A stretch of 64,000 nucleotides of DNA from an uncultured archaeon (GTDB lineage: Archaea; Altiarchaeota; Altiarchaeia; IMC4; QMZM01), in NCBI GenBank assembly GCA_964549685.1, contig CAZJVE010000001.1:116098-180097 (forward strand), read 5' to 3'. A program made the translations under genes and the position numbers. Below, piece after piece: positions 10,011 to 20,610 of this stretch (position 1 is its first letter; every line of letters starts with the position of its first letter). The notes beneath the pieces are model-generated. The model made no database searches. It was not told the DNA's origin and was given only the letters and a program-made list of their open reading frames with translations.

Positions 10011-12176
10011 ATGAGATCAAGAATATCCGCAATTATTATTGCTATGTTGTTGTTTGGAACTTTGTTTTTTACCGTTGGAATGGCTTTTGCAAAGACTGAT
10101 GTTAAGGGAATTGATGTCACGTTATCTAAAAACTCAAGCTATAAGGGTGATGATGATCTTGACATTGATGTTGGTGATAAATTCTATGTCCATATACTGC
10201 TGGAGGAGCCGGAGGAGGATGAAAGCGATCTGGACATTGATGTCGAGATAGAAATAAATGGCGTCAAGGTCTACGATGATGATGAGAAGGGTGTTGACCT
10301 GATAGAGGGTGAAGAGTATTACATAGTCATAGGTTCAAATAGATTCGAGGACGAGTGGGAAGATAATCAGATGGATTACACGTGCGGTAAGGAAAATGTG
10401 GAGGTGACAATCTCAGGTGATGTCAACAAGGAAACTGACGATGATGCGGAGATTGACATAGACGGCGAAGATTTGGATGTTGAGATTGGCCCGGATGATC
10501 CCACCGCAGAAGACAAGATTACCATTACTGTCACGGATGACGATGATGATGAGGTGGAGGATGTTAAGGTTAAATTCACCCATCTGGGAGACGATGATAA
10601 ATGGGATAAGGATGATGAATCGTGGGAAGATGAAACCGATAATGATGGTGAGGTCGAGGTTGAGCTCTCGGAAGAGAGCGAATTTGATGACGATCCCTAT
10701 GGAAAGTACCAGATAGATGTCTGGGAGAAGAACGGCGATTTCTGCAAGGAAATCAGAACCATAGATTTAAAGCGCACCCTTACTATCAAGGAGATAACTC
10801 CCTCCAAGCCCGTTGCTGGCAGTGCTATAAGGGTTAAGATTACCGATGGGAGCGACGACGGGGTTTCCGGGGCTAGGGCAACTGTAAGCTCAAGTGGCTT
10901 CCATCAGACCTATACTACGGATTCTGGCGGCTTTGTCTCTTTTACTCTAAACGATGAGGGCAACTATGTTTTGATTGCTTCAAAGAGCGGATACAGCAAT
11001 AGCCAAAGCAGAACTCTGGCCGTTTCGTCTAAGGAGGGTATAAGGATAAACATAAATCCGAAGGAACAGGAGCTGAACAAGGCGGTTGAGATAACAGTTA
11101 TGGACGAGAATGGCAAGGCGCTTACCAATGCAGAGGTCATAATAACAAAGCCCGACGGTACAATCGAGCCGGCAATGACGGTTCCGTCAAGCGGGAGGAT
11201 AAGCTATGTGCCACGGCTCGTGGGAACCTACAGTATAAGGGCCGATGCAGATAAGTATGAAACAACGACCAGCAATTTCAAGGCGCAGAGGGCATTCAGC
11301 ATAATCGTCCCGGACGTGCTTGAGGTCAACAAGGACATAACAGTAATACTCAGCGATTCTGCCGGTAATGCAGTCGAAGGCGCAGTAGTTTCTGTGGGTG
11401 GTACGAGCGTTTCTGGAAAGACCGACTCGGGAGGGAGATTTGCATTCAAGCTCTCTGAGCCGAAGGAGTATACGCTCACCATAAGCAAAGAGGGTTATGC
11501 CACTCTGAGCAGAAAGGTAAGTACTCTCGGGAGGTTAAAGATTACTCTTGATTCGAACGAGATAGGACTTGGAGATTCCGTAAGTATAAGCATAGTCGAT
11601 GGGCAGGGCAATGTGGTATCTGCAGGTATAGAGATAACAAAGCCGGACGGGACAAAAGAGGTGATATCGGGTGATTCCTACACACCATCGGTTTCCGGAA
11701 ATCACGGCGTAACCGCCATCAAGAATGACTATGAATCCGACACAGAAAATCTGATGGTAAGGCCTGCGCCACTGACACTGGAATCAAGAATAAGGGACAA
11801 TACGCTGATAGTCAGCGTTTCAAGTAAAGGAGATGCGCTTTCGAACATAAAAGTGGACGTTGGAACTCCCTCCTGGGTGAAGGAGATTGTAACAGATGCT
11901 ACAGGAACGGCCACTCTTTATCTAACGAATCTGGAGCTAAGCAGCGATATAACGGTAAGTGTGGACAAGGAAGGCTATGAGAGGAAAGAGGTAATCCAGG
12001 AGATTCCGAGGTTCGACCTTGCCAACTACTCGATACCAGTGATATTCGGCCTTATAATAGTGATAACTATAGTGATAATCCTGATTGCCAGCAGCAGTGT
12101 CGGAAAAGGGAAGAGAAAGAGGAAGAAGGATAGCCCAACAAAGACGAAGACAGGGTCCAGCCTTGACAAGGTCTGA
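10011..12176 (+). CDS. Paralogous membrane-anchored surface protein with Asp-rich N-terminal half
   Basis: Signal peptide, TDSGG/TDNDG repeats, KPDG..E.ISG..YTP shared with upstream gene, C-terminal TM plus basic tail; GAGGTGA RBS. Confidence 0.75.
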   Translation: MRSRISAIIIAMLLFGTLFFTVGMAFAKTDVKGIDVTLSKNSSYKGDDDLDIDVGDKFYVHILLEEPEEDESDLDIDVEIEINGVKVYDDDEKGVDLIEGEEYYIVIGSNRFEDEWEDNQMDYTCGKENVEVTISGDVNKETDDDAEIDIDGEDLDVEIGPDDPTAEDKITITVTDDDDDEVEDVKVKFTHLGDDDKWDKDDESWEDETDNDGEVEVELSEESEFDDDPYGKYQIDVWEKNGDFCKEIRTIDLKRTLTIKEITPSKPVAGSAIRVKITDGSDDGVSGARATVSSSGFHQTYTTDSGGFVSFTLNDEGNYVLIASKSGYSNSQSRTLAVSSKEGIRININPKEQELNKAVEITVMDENGKALTNAEVIITKPDGTIEPAMTVPSSGRISYVPRLVGTYSIRADADKYETTTSNFKAQRAFSIIVPDVLEVNKDITVILSDSAGNAVEGAVVSVGGTSVSGKTDSGGRFAFKLSEPKEYTLTISKEGYATLSRKVSTLGRLKITLDSNEIGLGDSVSISIVDGQGNVVSAGIEITKPDGTKEVISGDSYTPSVSGNHGVTAIKNDYESDTENLMVRPAPLTLESRIRDNTLIVSVSSKGDALSNIKVDVGTPSWVKEIVTDATGTATLYLTNLELSSDITVSVDKEGYERKEVIQEIPRFDLANYSIPVIFGLIIVITIVIILIASSSVGKGKRKRKKDSPTKTKTGSSLDKV

Positions 12177-12231
12177 TTCCCTATTCTTTTTTTTATCTTT
12201 TATCTTGTCTTTTTCTTATCTTAATACTAGC

Positions 12232-13272
12232 ATGATTCAGTTAACCACAAACATTCTTGGAGTCTTTGCTGTCAGAAAGGGCAAAGTGATTGAGAAGGTT
12301 TTGTTTCCGGACGAGCCAGCAAAGATAGCCGACAGACTGGAGAGGATTCAGGGCTCCTTCTGCGACGAGGAGAAAGGGCTTATAGAGAAGCTGAAGAAGA
12401 CCGGGATTAAGGACATTAAGGTAAATAACCCCCGAAGGTTTGAGGGGTCCAATCTGGGAATGGGGTTCAGGCTGGATAAGGGGTTTATGAATCCGCTGGA
12501 TATTGCCTCCGAGATTGGAATTTCGGAGGAGGACTTCACCCATCTGCTTGCAGAGGTCAATCTTGAGCTGACAAAGAAAAAGCTCAAGGAGGCCGAGCGG
12601 GATCAACTGATAATTCAGGCCGTCTCCTGTATGGATGATTTGGAGGAGGTAAGCAACAGGCTGGTTGAGCGCCTGAGGGAATGGAACTCCCTGAATTTCC
12701 CGGAGCTAAATGTGCTGGTCAAGACCCATGAGCTCTATGCCGAGGTTGTTTCCGGGAAGGAGTTGGATTCCACGCTGGCTGAAAGGATTGAGAACGTGAA
12801 GAAGGAGAGCTACGGCTTTGATTTCCAGAAGAAGGACCTGGAGATTACAAAGATATTCTCGGATTCAATCCTTGCCTTATATTCAACAAAAGAAGAGACT
12901 GAAAAATACATAGATGGTATGATGGCTGAGATAGCCCCGAACCTGGCTGCTCTGGCGGGCCCCTTGCTCGGTGCAAGGCTGATTGCCCTTGCAGGAAGCC
13001 TCAAGAGGCTGTCCATGTTTCCTGCCAGCACCATACAGGTCCTTGGAGCAGAGGATGCATTCTTTAGATTCCTAAAAACCAAGAAAAATCCACCCAAGCA
13101 CGGAGTTATATTCCAGCTGCCCGAGATAAGGTCGGCCCAGAAGAAGAACAGGGGTAAAATCTCCAGAACATTCGCAGCGAAGCTTGCAATTGCTGCAAGG
13201 GCGGACTACTTCAAAGGTGAGTTTATTGGCGATAAACTAAGGAAGGATTTTTTAGGGAAGATAAAGAATTGA
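12232..13272 (+). CDS. nop5: C/D box sRNP protein Nop5 (Nop56/58)
   Basis: RLREW...FPEL, APNL..LAGPLLGARLI, PASTIQVLGAE, PKHGVI, RGKISR. Confidence 0.93.
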   Translation: MIQLTTNILGVFAVRKGKVIEKVLFPDEPAKIADRLERIQGSFCDEEKGLIEKLKKTGIKDIKVNNPRRFEGSNLGMGFRLDKGFMNPLDIASEIGISEEDFTHLLAEVNLELTKKKLKEAERDQLIIQAVSCMDDLEEVSNRLVERLREWNSLNFPELNVLVKTHELYAEVVSGKELDSTLAERIENVKKESYGFDFQKKDLEITKIFSDSILALYSTKEETEKYIDGMMAEIAPNLAALAGPLLGARLIALAGSLKRLSMFPASTIQVLGAEDAFFRFLKTKKNPPKHGVIFQLPEIRSAQKKNRGKISRTFAAKLAIAARADYFKGEFIGDKLRKDFLGKIKN

Positions 13273-13273
13273 A

Positions 13274-14410
13274 ATGAATTCATTAATAAAAAAAATTTTG
13301 ATGCCCGGGATAATTCTCATATTTTTGATTTCTGCCTACTCACAAGAATATGAATGGGTCCCGGCGGGTGCATTCGGCGGCCAGGATTGTGACGGGGATT
13401 CTGCAGAGGATGGGAAATTCTGTGAACCAAGGAGTATAGATGTCGGCTTCAATGATACTATTTATGTTATCGACACTGAAAACGATAGGTTTCAGGTATT
13501 TGATTCTAATTTCACGCATATGGAGACAGATGGCGAGCTGGATCCAGATGGAGTAGAGCTTGGAAAGTTCCAGGACCCTGAGGGAATAGCCGTCAGGTTT
13601 ATTGACGTCAACATAAGCTACGTGTATATAACAGATACGAGGAACTACAGGGTTGAGATTAGGTATCAGAACTCTACATTCAACAACGAGACCAATGAAA
13701 CCACAGTGAATAATTCCTGGGTCGACTTTGGTCGAAGATGCTATAGCGAATGTAACTATGACGATTACATCTACTTTGACAGACCGAAGGATATTGAGGT
13801 CGATGCTGATGGGACGGTCTATGTTGCCGATACAGAGGAGGATAGAATCCATATAATAGAGGATGGTTTTGATGCCCCTTCCCTCATGTTTGACGGTTCG
13901 GACTCCGCGGATGGTGATGTGAGTGTGCCTGAGGGGATAGCCATAGACTCCAATGGGAATATCTATGTTGCTGATACCGGCAATAACAAGGTGAGGATTT
14001 TCGACCCAAGCGGCGCGCAGCTGAGGTCCTTTGGTAGCTTTGGTTCAGGTCAGAAGGAATTCAACGAACCCTCGGGGATAGAGGTCGACGATGAAGGACA
14101 TATATTTGTTGCCGACCGTGGCAATCACAGGATTCAAATATTCGGCGTTTCAGGCAATTATATAACTGAATTTGGAAACGAGACGTGCTCCGCCTATATC
14201 TATGACGAAGAAGGAAACGTAAGCCTCCATATGGGGAGCTTCTGCTATCCGAACGATATCGACTTAAATAACGATAAGCTCTATGTAGCTGACTCTGAAA
14301 ACCACAGGATACAGGTCTTCCACGTACCGGCGCTTCCATCAGCGAATGTTACCGTGGATATAGGACTGAAGTATGGCTGGAACCTCATCTCCATTCCCTT
14401 CGAACCCTAA
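13274..14410 (+). CDS. Secreted NHL-repeat beta-propeller protein
   Basis: Signal peptide; repeated P.GI.VD..G.IYVAD..N.RIQ; terminal GWNLISIP. Confidence 0.88.
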   Translation: MNSLIKKILMPGIILIFLISAYSQEYEWVPAGAFGGQDCDGDSAEDGKFCEPRSIDVGFNDTIYVIDTENDRFQVFDSNFTHMETDGELDPDGVELGKFQDPEGIAVRFIDVNISYVYITDTRNYRVEIRYQNSTFNNETNETTVNNSWVDFGRRCYSECNYDDYIYFDRPKDIEVDADGTVYVADTEEDRIHIIEDGFDAPSLMFDGSDSADGDVSVPEGIAIDSNGNIYVADTGNNKVRIFDPSGAQLRSFGSFGSGQKEFNEPSGIEVDDEGHIFVADRGNHRIQIFGVSGNYITEFGNETCSAYIYDEEGNVSLHMGSFCYPNDIDLNNDKLYVADSENHRIQVFHVPALPSANVTVDIGLKYGWNLISIPFEP

Positions 14411-14411
14411 G

Positions 14412-15314
14412 ATGGATGTCACATCTATCGGCGACATAAATCTCGATGCCATAACGTCAAAACTCAAAGAGCTGCCGGAAAAGGACTCGCAGAGGGTTGT
14501 ATCGGACATGTCCCTGAGCTCTGGGGGCTGTGCCGCAAACTTTGCGAAGGCGATAAGCGGGTTGGGGCTTGAGACAAGGTTTATTGGAAAGATTGGCGAT
14601 GATATAATTGGAGAATTTCTAAGGGATTCCATGGGTAATGTTGAGATTGTTCTTTCAAAAGGTAAGAAAACGGGAATTACCTTTGCGATGGTCTTTGAGG
14701 ACAATACGAGGTCATTTGTAACATATCCCGGCTCGAACGTTGAATTCAAAATTGATGATATAGATTTCGATTTGATAGAGGGCAAATACCTGCATGTTGG
14801 CTCGTTCTTTCTCCAGGGGTTGAGGAAGGATACAAAGAGAATTTTTGAATATGCTCATGGAAAGGGTATGACAGCGTCCCTCGATACGGGGTGGGATCCG
14901 GCGGGCTGGGGCAGGAAGGACGTACAACTTGTGAGGGAAATTCTTAAAGGTGTGGATATATTCTTCCCGAATCTGAAGGAGGGAGAGGCGATAACCGGCG
15001 CGAAGGGCAAGGAGGACGTGTGCGACGAACTGCTTCCTCTCGGTCCTCAGATAATTGCCCTGAAGCTTGGCTCTGAGGGGAGTTATATAGCAACCAAGGA
15101 TGAGAGAATTTCCATTCCCCCAATCAAGGTTGATGTCCTCGACACCACCGGGGCAGGGGATGTCTTTGGCGCGGCATTCATCTACGGGCATTCAAAGGGC
15201 TGGGATTTAGAGAAGTGTGGGAGGTTTGCTAATGCCGCTGCAGCGCTCTCGACGAGAGGTTACGGAAGTAGCAGCTATCCAGCCTCATCAGAAGTCGATA
15301 GTATCTTGCAATGA
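14412..15314 (+). CDS. PfkB-family carbohydrate kinase
   Basis: GGCAANFA..ISGLG and DTTGAGDVF motifs. Confidence 0.92.
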   Translation: MDVTSIGDINLDAITSKLKELPEKDSQRVVSDMSLSSGGCAANFAKAISGLGLETRFIGKIGDDIIGEFLRDSMGNVEIVLSKGKKTGITFAMVFEDNTRSFVTYPGSNVEFKIDDIDFDLIEGKYLHVGSFFLQGLRKDTKRIFEYAHGKGMTASLDTGWDPAGWGRKDVQLVREILKGVDIFFPNLKEGEAITGAKGKEDVCDELLPLGPQIIALKLGSEGSYIATKDERISIPPIKVDVLDTTGAGDVFGAAFIYGHSKGWDLEKCGRFANAAAALSTRGYGSSSYPASSEVDSILQ

Positions 15315-16360
15315 CCCTCTCATTCAAACCTGTCTGGTCCGACTCCATGGGTGCAAAGTCTTCATGCACGCTCGTTGAGACTCCTGACGTTAGAATTCTT
15401 ATAGACCCCGGCGTCTCAATCATGCAAAAAAGTTTCCCTGCCTCCATGAACAAAAAGATGGGGTGGCTGAAGCAGGGTGAGAAGGCGGTTCTGGATGCCA
15501 GTAAGGAAGCCGACATCGTCGTTATATCCCATTACCACTATGACCATTTTACAGACTTCGATGCGCGGCTCTATGAGGGAAAGAGGCTGTTTTTAAAGAA
15601 CCCGAACGAATTCATAAATTATTCTCAACGAGGGAGGGCAGAGAATTTCCTGGGGAACGTGTGTGAGGAATTCGGGGGGGTTAAATTCAAATCCATTTTA
15701 GAAAAAAATAAGAAAAAGAAATACCCCGACCCGATGGCGAAGATGCCGCTTGCGGCTGAACGGGATTTTGGAGACTATAACAAGAGAAGGGGAGAGTTGC
15801 TCGGTAATGGCAGGGAGAGGTTCTCCAAGAGGGTAAAGTCATGGAACAAGAACATGAAGATTCCTGAAATAAAATTTGAAGATATTAAAATTGAGTTTCC
15901 TGAGGGAAAAAAGTTTAAGTTTGGAAAAACGAAACTGGAATTCTCGCAGCCCTTGTTTCATGGTATAGAATACACCAACCTCGGCTGGGTCTTTGCAACA
16001 CTGGTTGAGTCCGGGGGGAAACGGCTGATGCACTCCTCGGACCTGTGCGGCGTCTATATCGAGGACTATGCTGAGATGGTTGTGAAGGAGAACCCCGACA
16101 TCCTTATTCTTGATGGGCCCCCTACATATCTGCTGCCCTACATGATGAATTCTATAAATCTTAGTAGATGCATCAGGAATATCTGTAATATCATCAAGAA
16201 CGTAGATTCTGAATTAATCCTTCTTGACCATCATCTTCCAAGGGATGCTAAGTACCGGGAAAGGTTGAAGGAGGTCTATGACCTCGCGGCAAGGGAGAAT
16301 AAAACAGTCACGACCGCTGCGGAATGCCTTGGGCAGGAGGTTGCTGCTCTCTCCCCATGA
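15311..16360 (+). CDS. Metallo-beta-lactamase-fold hydrolase (UPF0282-like)
   Basis: ILIDPGVS, ISHYHYDH, FHG, DGPPTY, LDHH. Confidence 0.88.
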   Translation: MTLSFKPVWSDSMGAKSSCTLVETPDVRILIDPGVSIMQKSFPASMNKKMGWLKQGEKAVLDASKEADIVVISHYHYDHFTDFDARLYEGKRLFLKNPNEFINYSQRGRAENFLGNVCEEFGGVKFKSILEKNKKKKYPDPMAKMPLAAERDFGDYNKRRGELLGNGRERFSKRVKSWNKNMKIPEIKFEDIKIEFPEGKKFKFGKTKLEFSQPLFHGIEYTNLGWVFATLVESGGKRLMHSSDLCGVYIEDYAEMVVKENPDILILDGPPTYLLPYMMNSINLSRCIRNICNIIKNVDSELILLDHHLPRDAKYRERLKEVYDLAARENKTVTTAAECLGQEVAALSP

Positions 16361-18146
16361 CGTCCTCGAAATAGGCCCTTGTCAGCTCTGCTACGGCCGG
16401 GGCATGGGATATGTTTCCTACGGATTTGAGGTTCTCTCCTGAAAAGAACTCCGATATCGTTCCGATTCCTGCTTCCCTTGTATGATTCTCGAAGATGTTT
16501 TCCAGAACCCCCTTGGCATGGAGCCTCCTGTCGGAGACCCTCATCAGGAGCTGGGTGTAGGGTCCAAGCAACCATGTAAATGCCGCCCCGTTGAACCGGT
16601 CATCGGGATTGTAGTTCTCGCTCTTCGGGTCAAGGGTCCTGATACCGACCACCGTAACCAATTCCTCAAGTGAATTCAGAACCTTTTTCTGCAAAGTTTC
16701 ATTAAGTGGAGAGAATTCCAATGTTAGTGTGATAATCTGGTTGGGCCTTATGGATTCGTCATCTATCGTATCCTTTAGATAGCTCCCATTCCAGAATTCC
16801 TCCAGGAAATTCTCCTCGAATGCAAGGTAAATTCCCCGGAAGTCGGTCTCATCGTCATCCATGAGTTCCGATAGCTTTTCCATTATTTTCAGTGAATTGT
16901 ACCATAGCCCCTGCACCTCAACGGCATTGTCCCTGTCCGGCATCCACGTCCCGCCCTTGTGCATGAGGAGACCGTCCTTCTCCATGTCGATGTATCCCTT
17001 TACCATGTCCTTCATGTCCCACCAGTAGGTATGCAGCAGTCCCTTGAGCCTTTCCATGCCTGCCGCTTTCCCGTATTTGTAGAGGCGGTCAATCAGCCAG
17101 AGGGTTGTGTCGATGCTGTCGTGAATCGGCTCTCCGTCGATGATGCTGCCTGGGACTCCGTTCCTTGAAGAGTTGTTGAGAATCCTCTCAAAGACCTGCT
17201 CGGCGTCGTCGAATCTCTGGTTGAATAGAGTTAATCCGGGCAGCGCTATCATCGCCTCCCTTACATTCTCCCCGGAAAACGGATAGGAGATGATGCTTTT
17301 CTTTGAGTCAATATCAACTATGAATGTTTCGGCTATTTTCAGGATGGCGAAAATCGAGGAGCCCATGTCCGATGAGAGGATTCTGCTCTTCTTCTCCCTC
17401 GGCTGTGACAAATCCTTGAAAGCAGCAGCAGTTTTTTCCTCTGTTTCATAGGCAAGGGCCGAGATGGTGAAGTCCTGGGTTGAGTTTCCATCAACAGAGA
17501 ATTCAAAGAATGCAGGAATATTATGGAAATTCCTTTCATCGTTATTGGAATAAATAAAAGAATTCCACCTCTCGCCTTCGTTCTCTTTGCAGATTGCCTT
17601 GTCGGAGTAGATTGTCAGGTAGCCGAGTTTGGAGTCAAGTCCCAGGATTTTGTCCGTGAAGAGTTTTGGCTGGAAGTGGTTTTCCGCCGTGCCCAAATCC
17701 TCAACGCCTCTTGAATTCGCAAGGACTTTAACCCTGATTTTGAGGGGGGCGGGGGTTTTGTTCTCAATAGTATAGAGAACGGCCACGCCGTTCTTGTCCT
17801 GCAGGGGGTTTATGGTCTTGGCAAGGGAGAATTCATCAAAATAATGGTAATATGAAACCGAATTATGATTGAAATCGAATTTACCAGGGCCGCTATATTG
17901 GGAATTCCCCAGACCTATAACCCTTTCCGGCAGATGAATCTCCTCCTCCAGGCCCTCGAGATATACCATTCTTTTCAGATTATCACAAGCAGATACAAGC
18001 AGTGCATGATGGCTGTTTGCAGGCAAACCAAGAATGGTCGATGCAGAGTAGCCGCCGATTTTGTTGGGAATCAGCCACTCAAGCCCTCTGGACTTTTCCA
18101 AATCCATTGCGTTTGGATTGAATGTGGCGAAGGGAGTTTCACTCAT
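16308..18146 (-). CDS. Amylo-alpha-1,6-glucosidase / glycogen debranching enzyme-like protein
   Basis: EWLIPN.IGGY N-terminal domain; AVEVQGLWYN, IRPNQ, GIRTL, GTISE motifs. Confidence 0.82.
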   Translation of the reverse strand: MSETPFATFNPNAMDLEKSRGLEWLIPNKIGGYSASTILGLPANSHHALLVSACDNLKRMVYLEGLEEEIHLPERVIGLGNSQYSGPGKFDFNHNSVSYYHYFDEFSLAKTINPLQDKNGVAVLYTIENKTPAPLKIRVKVLANSRGVEDLGTAENHFQPKLFTDKILGLDSKLGYLTIYSDKAICKENEGERWNSFIYSNNDERNFHNIPAFFEFSVDGNSTQDFTISALAYETEEKTAAAFKDLSQPREKKSRILSSDMGSSIFAILKIAETFIVDIDSKKSIISYPFSGENVREAMIALPGLTLFNQRFDDAEQVFERILNNSSRNGVPGSIIDGEPIHDSIDTTLWLIDRLYKYGKAAGMERLKGLLHTYWWDMKDMVKGYIDMEKDGLLMHKGGTWMPDRDNAVEVQGLWYNSLKIMEKLSELMDDDETDFRGIYLAFEENFLEEFWNGSYLKDTIDDESIRPNQIITLTLEFSPLNETLQKKVLNSLEELVTVVGIRTLDPKSENYNPDDRFNGAAFTWLLGPYTQLLMRVSDRRLHAKGVLENIFENHTREAGIGTISEFFSGENLKSVGNISHAPAVAELTRAYFEDVMGREQQPPAQGIPQRS

Positions 18147-18150
18147 CTTG

Positions 18151-18597
18151 CTATCTGAATACCTCGTTGTCTAGGATTAGGTGGCTGAAAAAGCCGATAA
18201 GAGCAAACCCAACGTAGTGGAGGTCTATTAGATATAAGGGAAGCGAGAGTAAAATTCCAACGACGGGTGTATGAAAGAGCCCCCTGTGCCTTGAAAACCA
18301 CAGCAGGTAGAGGAACAGAATTAAGAGCAGCGGGATGTAGATTAGCTCCATCCTCCTCAGGAATATGAACGCCATGAGACAGACAATGGATACGGCAAGA
18401 AAGAGCCTGCCAAGAATCTTTCGCATCTTCGAGGAGGGAGTATCCATGTCCGGCAAAATTGAATAGAGAATTCCGATTATATTTCCAAAGATGAGCATAT
18501 GTAGGGATATATTAAAATTCAGAATTCTATTCATCAACAATAGGATAATCCCCATCATCATCAGATAGCCGAATATGTGGGTCTTGTAACTGGGCAT
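18151..18597 (-). CDS. Membrane-bound metal-dependent hydrolase (YdjM/DUF457-like)
   Basis: TH...LPDMD...HRGLFHT...SHLILD; multiple TM segments. Confidence 0.82.
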   Translation of the reverse strand: MPSYKTHIFGYLMMMGIILLLMNRILNFNISLHMLIFGNIIGILYSILPDMDTPSSKMRKILGRLFLAVSIVCLMAFIFLRRMELIYIPLLLILFLYLLWFSRHRGLFHTPVVGILLSLPLYLIDLHYVGFALIGFFSHLILDNEVFR

Positions 18598-18636
18598 TAT
18601 AGATAATATTTTACCCCTGAACATAAAATCTATCAT

Positions 18637-20571
18637 ATGGCACTTGTTGAATTCGTTACTCCCTTGGCTCTGGCAGGCCTCATTCTCCTGGTTCCAATCA
18701 TAATCCTCTATCTCCTGAAGCCAAAGCCGAAACAGATAAAGCTGCCGACCCTGATGTTCGTAATTTCAAAGAAGAGAAGAAAGAGGTTTGCATCCTTCTT
18801 CAACAGGTTCATCCGGGACCCGTTGCTTCTTCTGCAGCTCCTGATAATACTGCTCCTTGTCCTTGCAGTAGCGAATCCCTTCATGATTTTGTTTGAGGAA
18901 AGGGGTGAAAAGGAGGCCGTAGTATTTGTCATTGATGCCTCGGCAAGCATGCAATCAACAGACGTAAGCCCAAACAGATTTGAAAAGGCTAAGGAGCTTG
19001 CGATGCAGGTTCTGGACTACCAGAATCCAGGAAGCCCAATAAGTCTTGTTCTGGCTGAAAACGTTCCGATACTCCTTCTGAGGGATGGAAGAAAGGATGA
19101 TGTAGAGGGGATTCTATCCGTCATTGGCGCTGCAGACACCGGCTCCAACATAGGCGATTCGGTTCTCTTCGGAAAGGACCTTCTATCCGGTTCCAGTATG
19201 AATAAGAGAATCTATGTGTTTTCTGATTTCTCGAAGAGCCAGGAATCCGGGCTGGAATTCTCAAGGAAGATTGCGTCAATGGGCAACGTTGCCGTGGAAT
19301 TCATAAGAGTCTCAGGCGAGGGGGAGAATTTCGGCGTAATAGACATGGACGCGAGGCGCTTTATCACAGAGCCTGAAAAATGCTCGATAACATTCACTGT
19401 AAAGAATTTCGGCCGGGCGGAGCAGGGGCCGTCCGTGGATGTCCTTGTTGATGGCGGGAGTGTGGAGACAATAACAAACTACATCAAAGGCGGGGAGCAG
19501 TTCCTGTACCACCTCGAGCCGGACATTACGGAAGAGGAACACATAATAAAGGTCATGATAAATGGAAACGACGCCCTGGCCGTGGATAATGCGGCCTTTG
19601 CCTTCCTTCCCAGGGTAAGGAAATACAGGGTTTTGCTGGTTACAGAAGAGGGCTCAGGCAACTATCTGAGGTATGCCCTTGAAGCATCATCGAATGTTGA
19701 GCTTGAGGTTTCCATCCTTCCAGTCGTTCCAGAATTTCATGGTTTTGATACAGTAATATTCGGGGACCTGAATCCGGAACTTGTTCTCCCCGGAACGTTT
19801 AAGAAGCTTGATGAATATGTCAGGGGTGGGAAGAGCGTTGTATTCCTGGCCTCGACAGGCCTGGGGGGGATAGACAATGAAAATCTGGGGTCCCTTCTTC
19901 CAGTCATGCTTATCGGTCTCAGGGAGGGGGATGAAAAGATAGTAGTGGAGCAGAACCATGAAATCATATCCAGTGTAACGCTTCAGAATCTAATCACAAA
20001 GAGACATATGCGGTGTGTGGCAAAAAACCAGAGCAGTGTAATAGCAACCATAGATGAGAGCCCCGCACTTGCCTATCATAGCTATGGGGATGGAAAGGTT
20101 GCCTTTGTTGGAATAAATCCTGATGAAGAATGGAGTAACTTCTACTACAGCTCTTCTCACCCCATATTCTGGTTCCAGTTATTGCAATGGATAAACAGGA
20201 TGGAAAACTCGCTGGTTATCAATAACTTCAAGACGGGAGAGTCGCTGCCTGTAAAAGGCAGAGTTGATGTTACAACCCCTTCAGGAAAGTCCCTCCATAC
20301 AGGAAACATAATACTGGACGAGGTTGGAATCTATGGTATAAGACTCGATGATTTGGACGATAAGATAACCGTTTCCCTTCTCGATGAGTCAGAATCTGCA
20401 ATCTCCGAATCCATTCCTGGCCTGGATACAATAAATGATGAAAATTTTGTAATCTCTGGGGAGAAGGTTCAGACAAGGAGGGAGTTCTGGTTCTATATCC
20501 TCGCTCTAGGGGTACTCTTCCTTTTTATTGAGATTCTGGTTTACAAAAGGAGGGGGCTTCTTGAGGAGTGA
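18637..20571 (+). CDS. BatA-like/VWA-domain membrane protein
   Basis: N-terminal P..L...P.IILYLLKP..PTLMF BatA motif, MIDAS DASASM, C-terminal TM. Confidence 0.85.
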   Translation: MALVEFVTPLALAGLILLVPIIILYLLKPKPKQIKLPTLMFVISKKRRKRFASFFNRFIRDPLLLLQLLIILLLVLAVANPFMILFEERGEKEAVVFVIDASASMQSTDVSPNRFEKAKELAMQVLDYQNPGSPISLVLAENVPILLLRDGRKDDVEGILSVIGAADTGSNIGDSVLFGKDLLSGSSMNKRIYVFSDFSKSQESGLEFSRKIASMGNVAVEFIRVSGEGENFGVIDMDARRFITEPEKCSITFTVKNFGRAEQGPSVDVLVDGGSVETITNYIKGGEQFLYHLEPDITEEEHIIKVMINGNDALAVDNAAFAFLPRVRKYRVLLVTEEGSGNYLRYALEASSNVELEVSILPVVPEFHGFDTVIFGDLNPELVLPGTFKKLDEYVRGGKSVVFLASTGLGGIDNENLGSLLPVMLIGLREGDEKIVVEQNHEIISSVTLQNLITKRHMRCVAKNQSSVIATIDESPALAYHSYGDGKVAFVGINPDEEWSNFYYSSSHPIFWFQLLQWINRMENSLVINNFKTGESLPVKGRVDVTTPSGKSLHTGNIILDEVGIYGIRLDDLDDKITVSLLDESESAISESIPGLDTINDENFVISGEKVQTRREFWFYILALGVLFLFIEILVYKRRGLLEE

Positions 20572-20610
20572 TATTTATAACTCTCTTACCCAATAAAAGA
20601 CACCCAGAGA

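Noticed and set aside
16308-16360. 3' overlaps of convergent genes (also 36464-36505)
   Set aside because: Common in compact archaeal genomes
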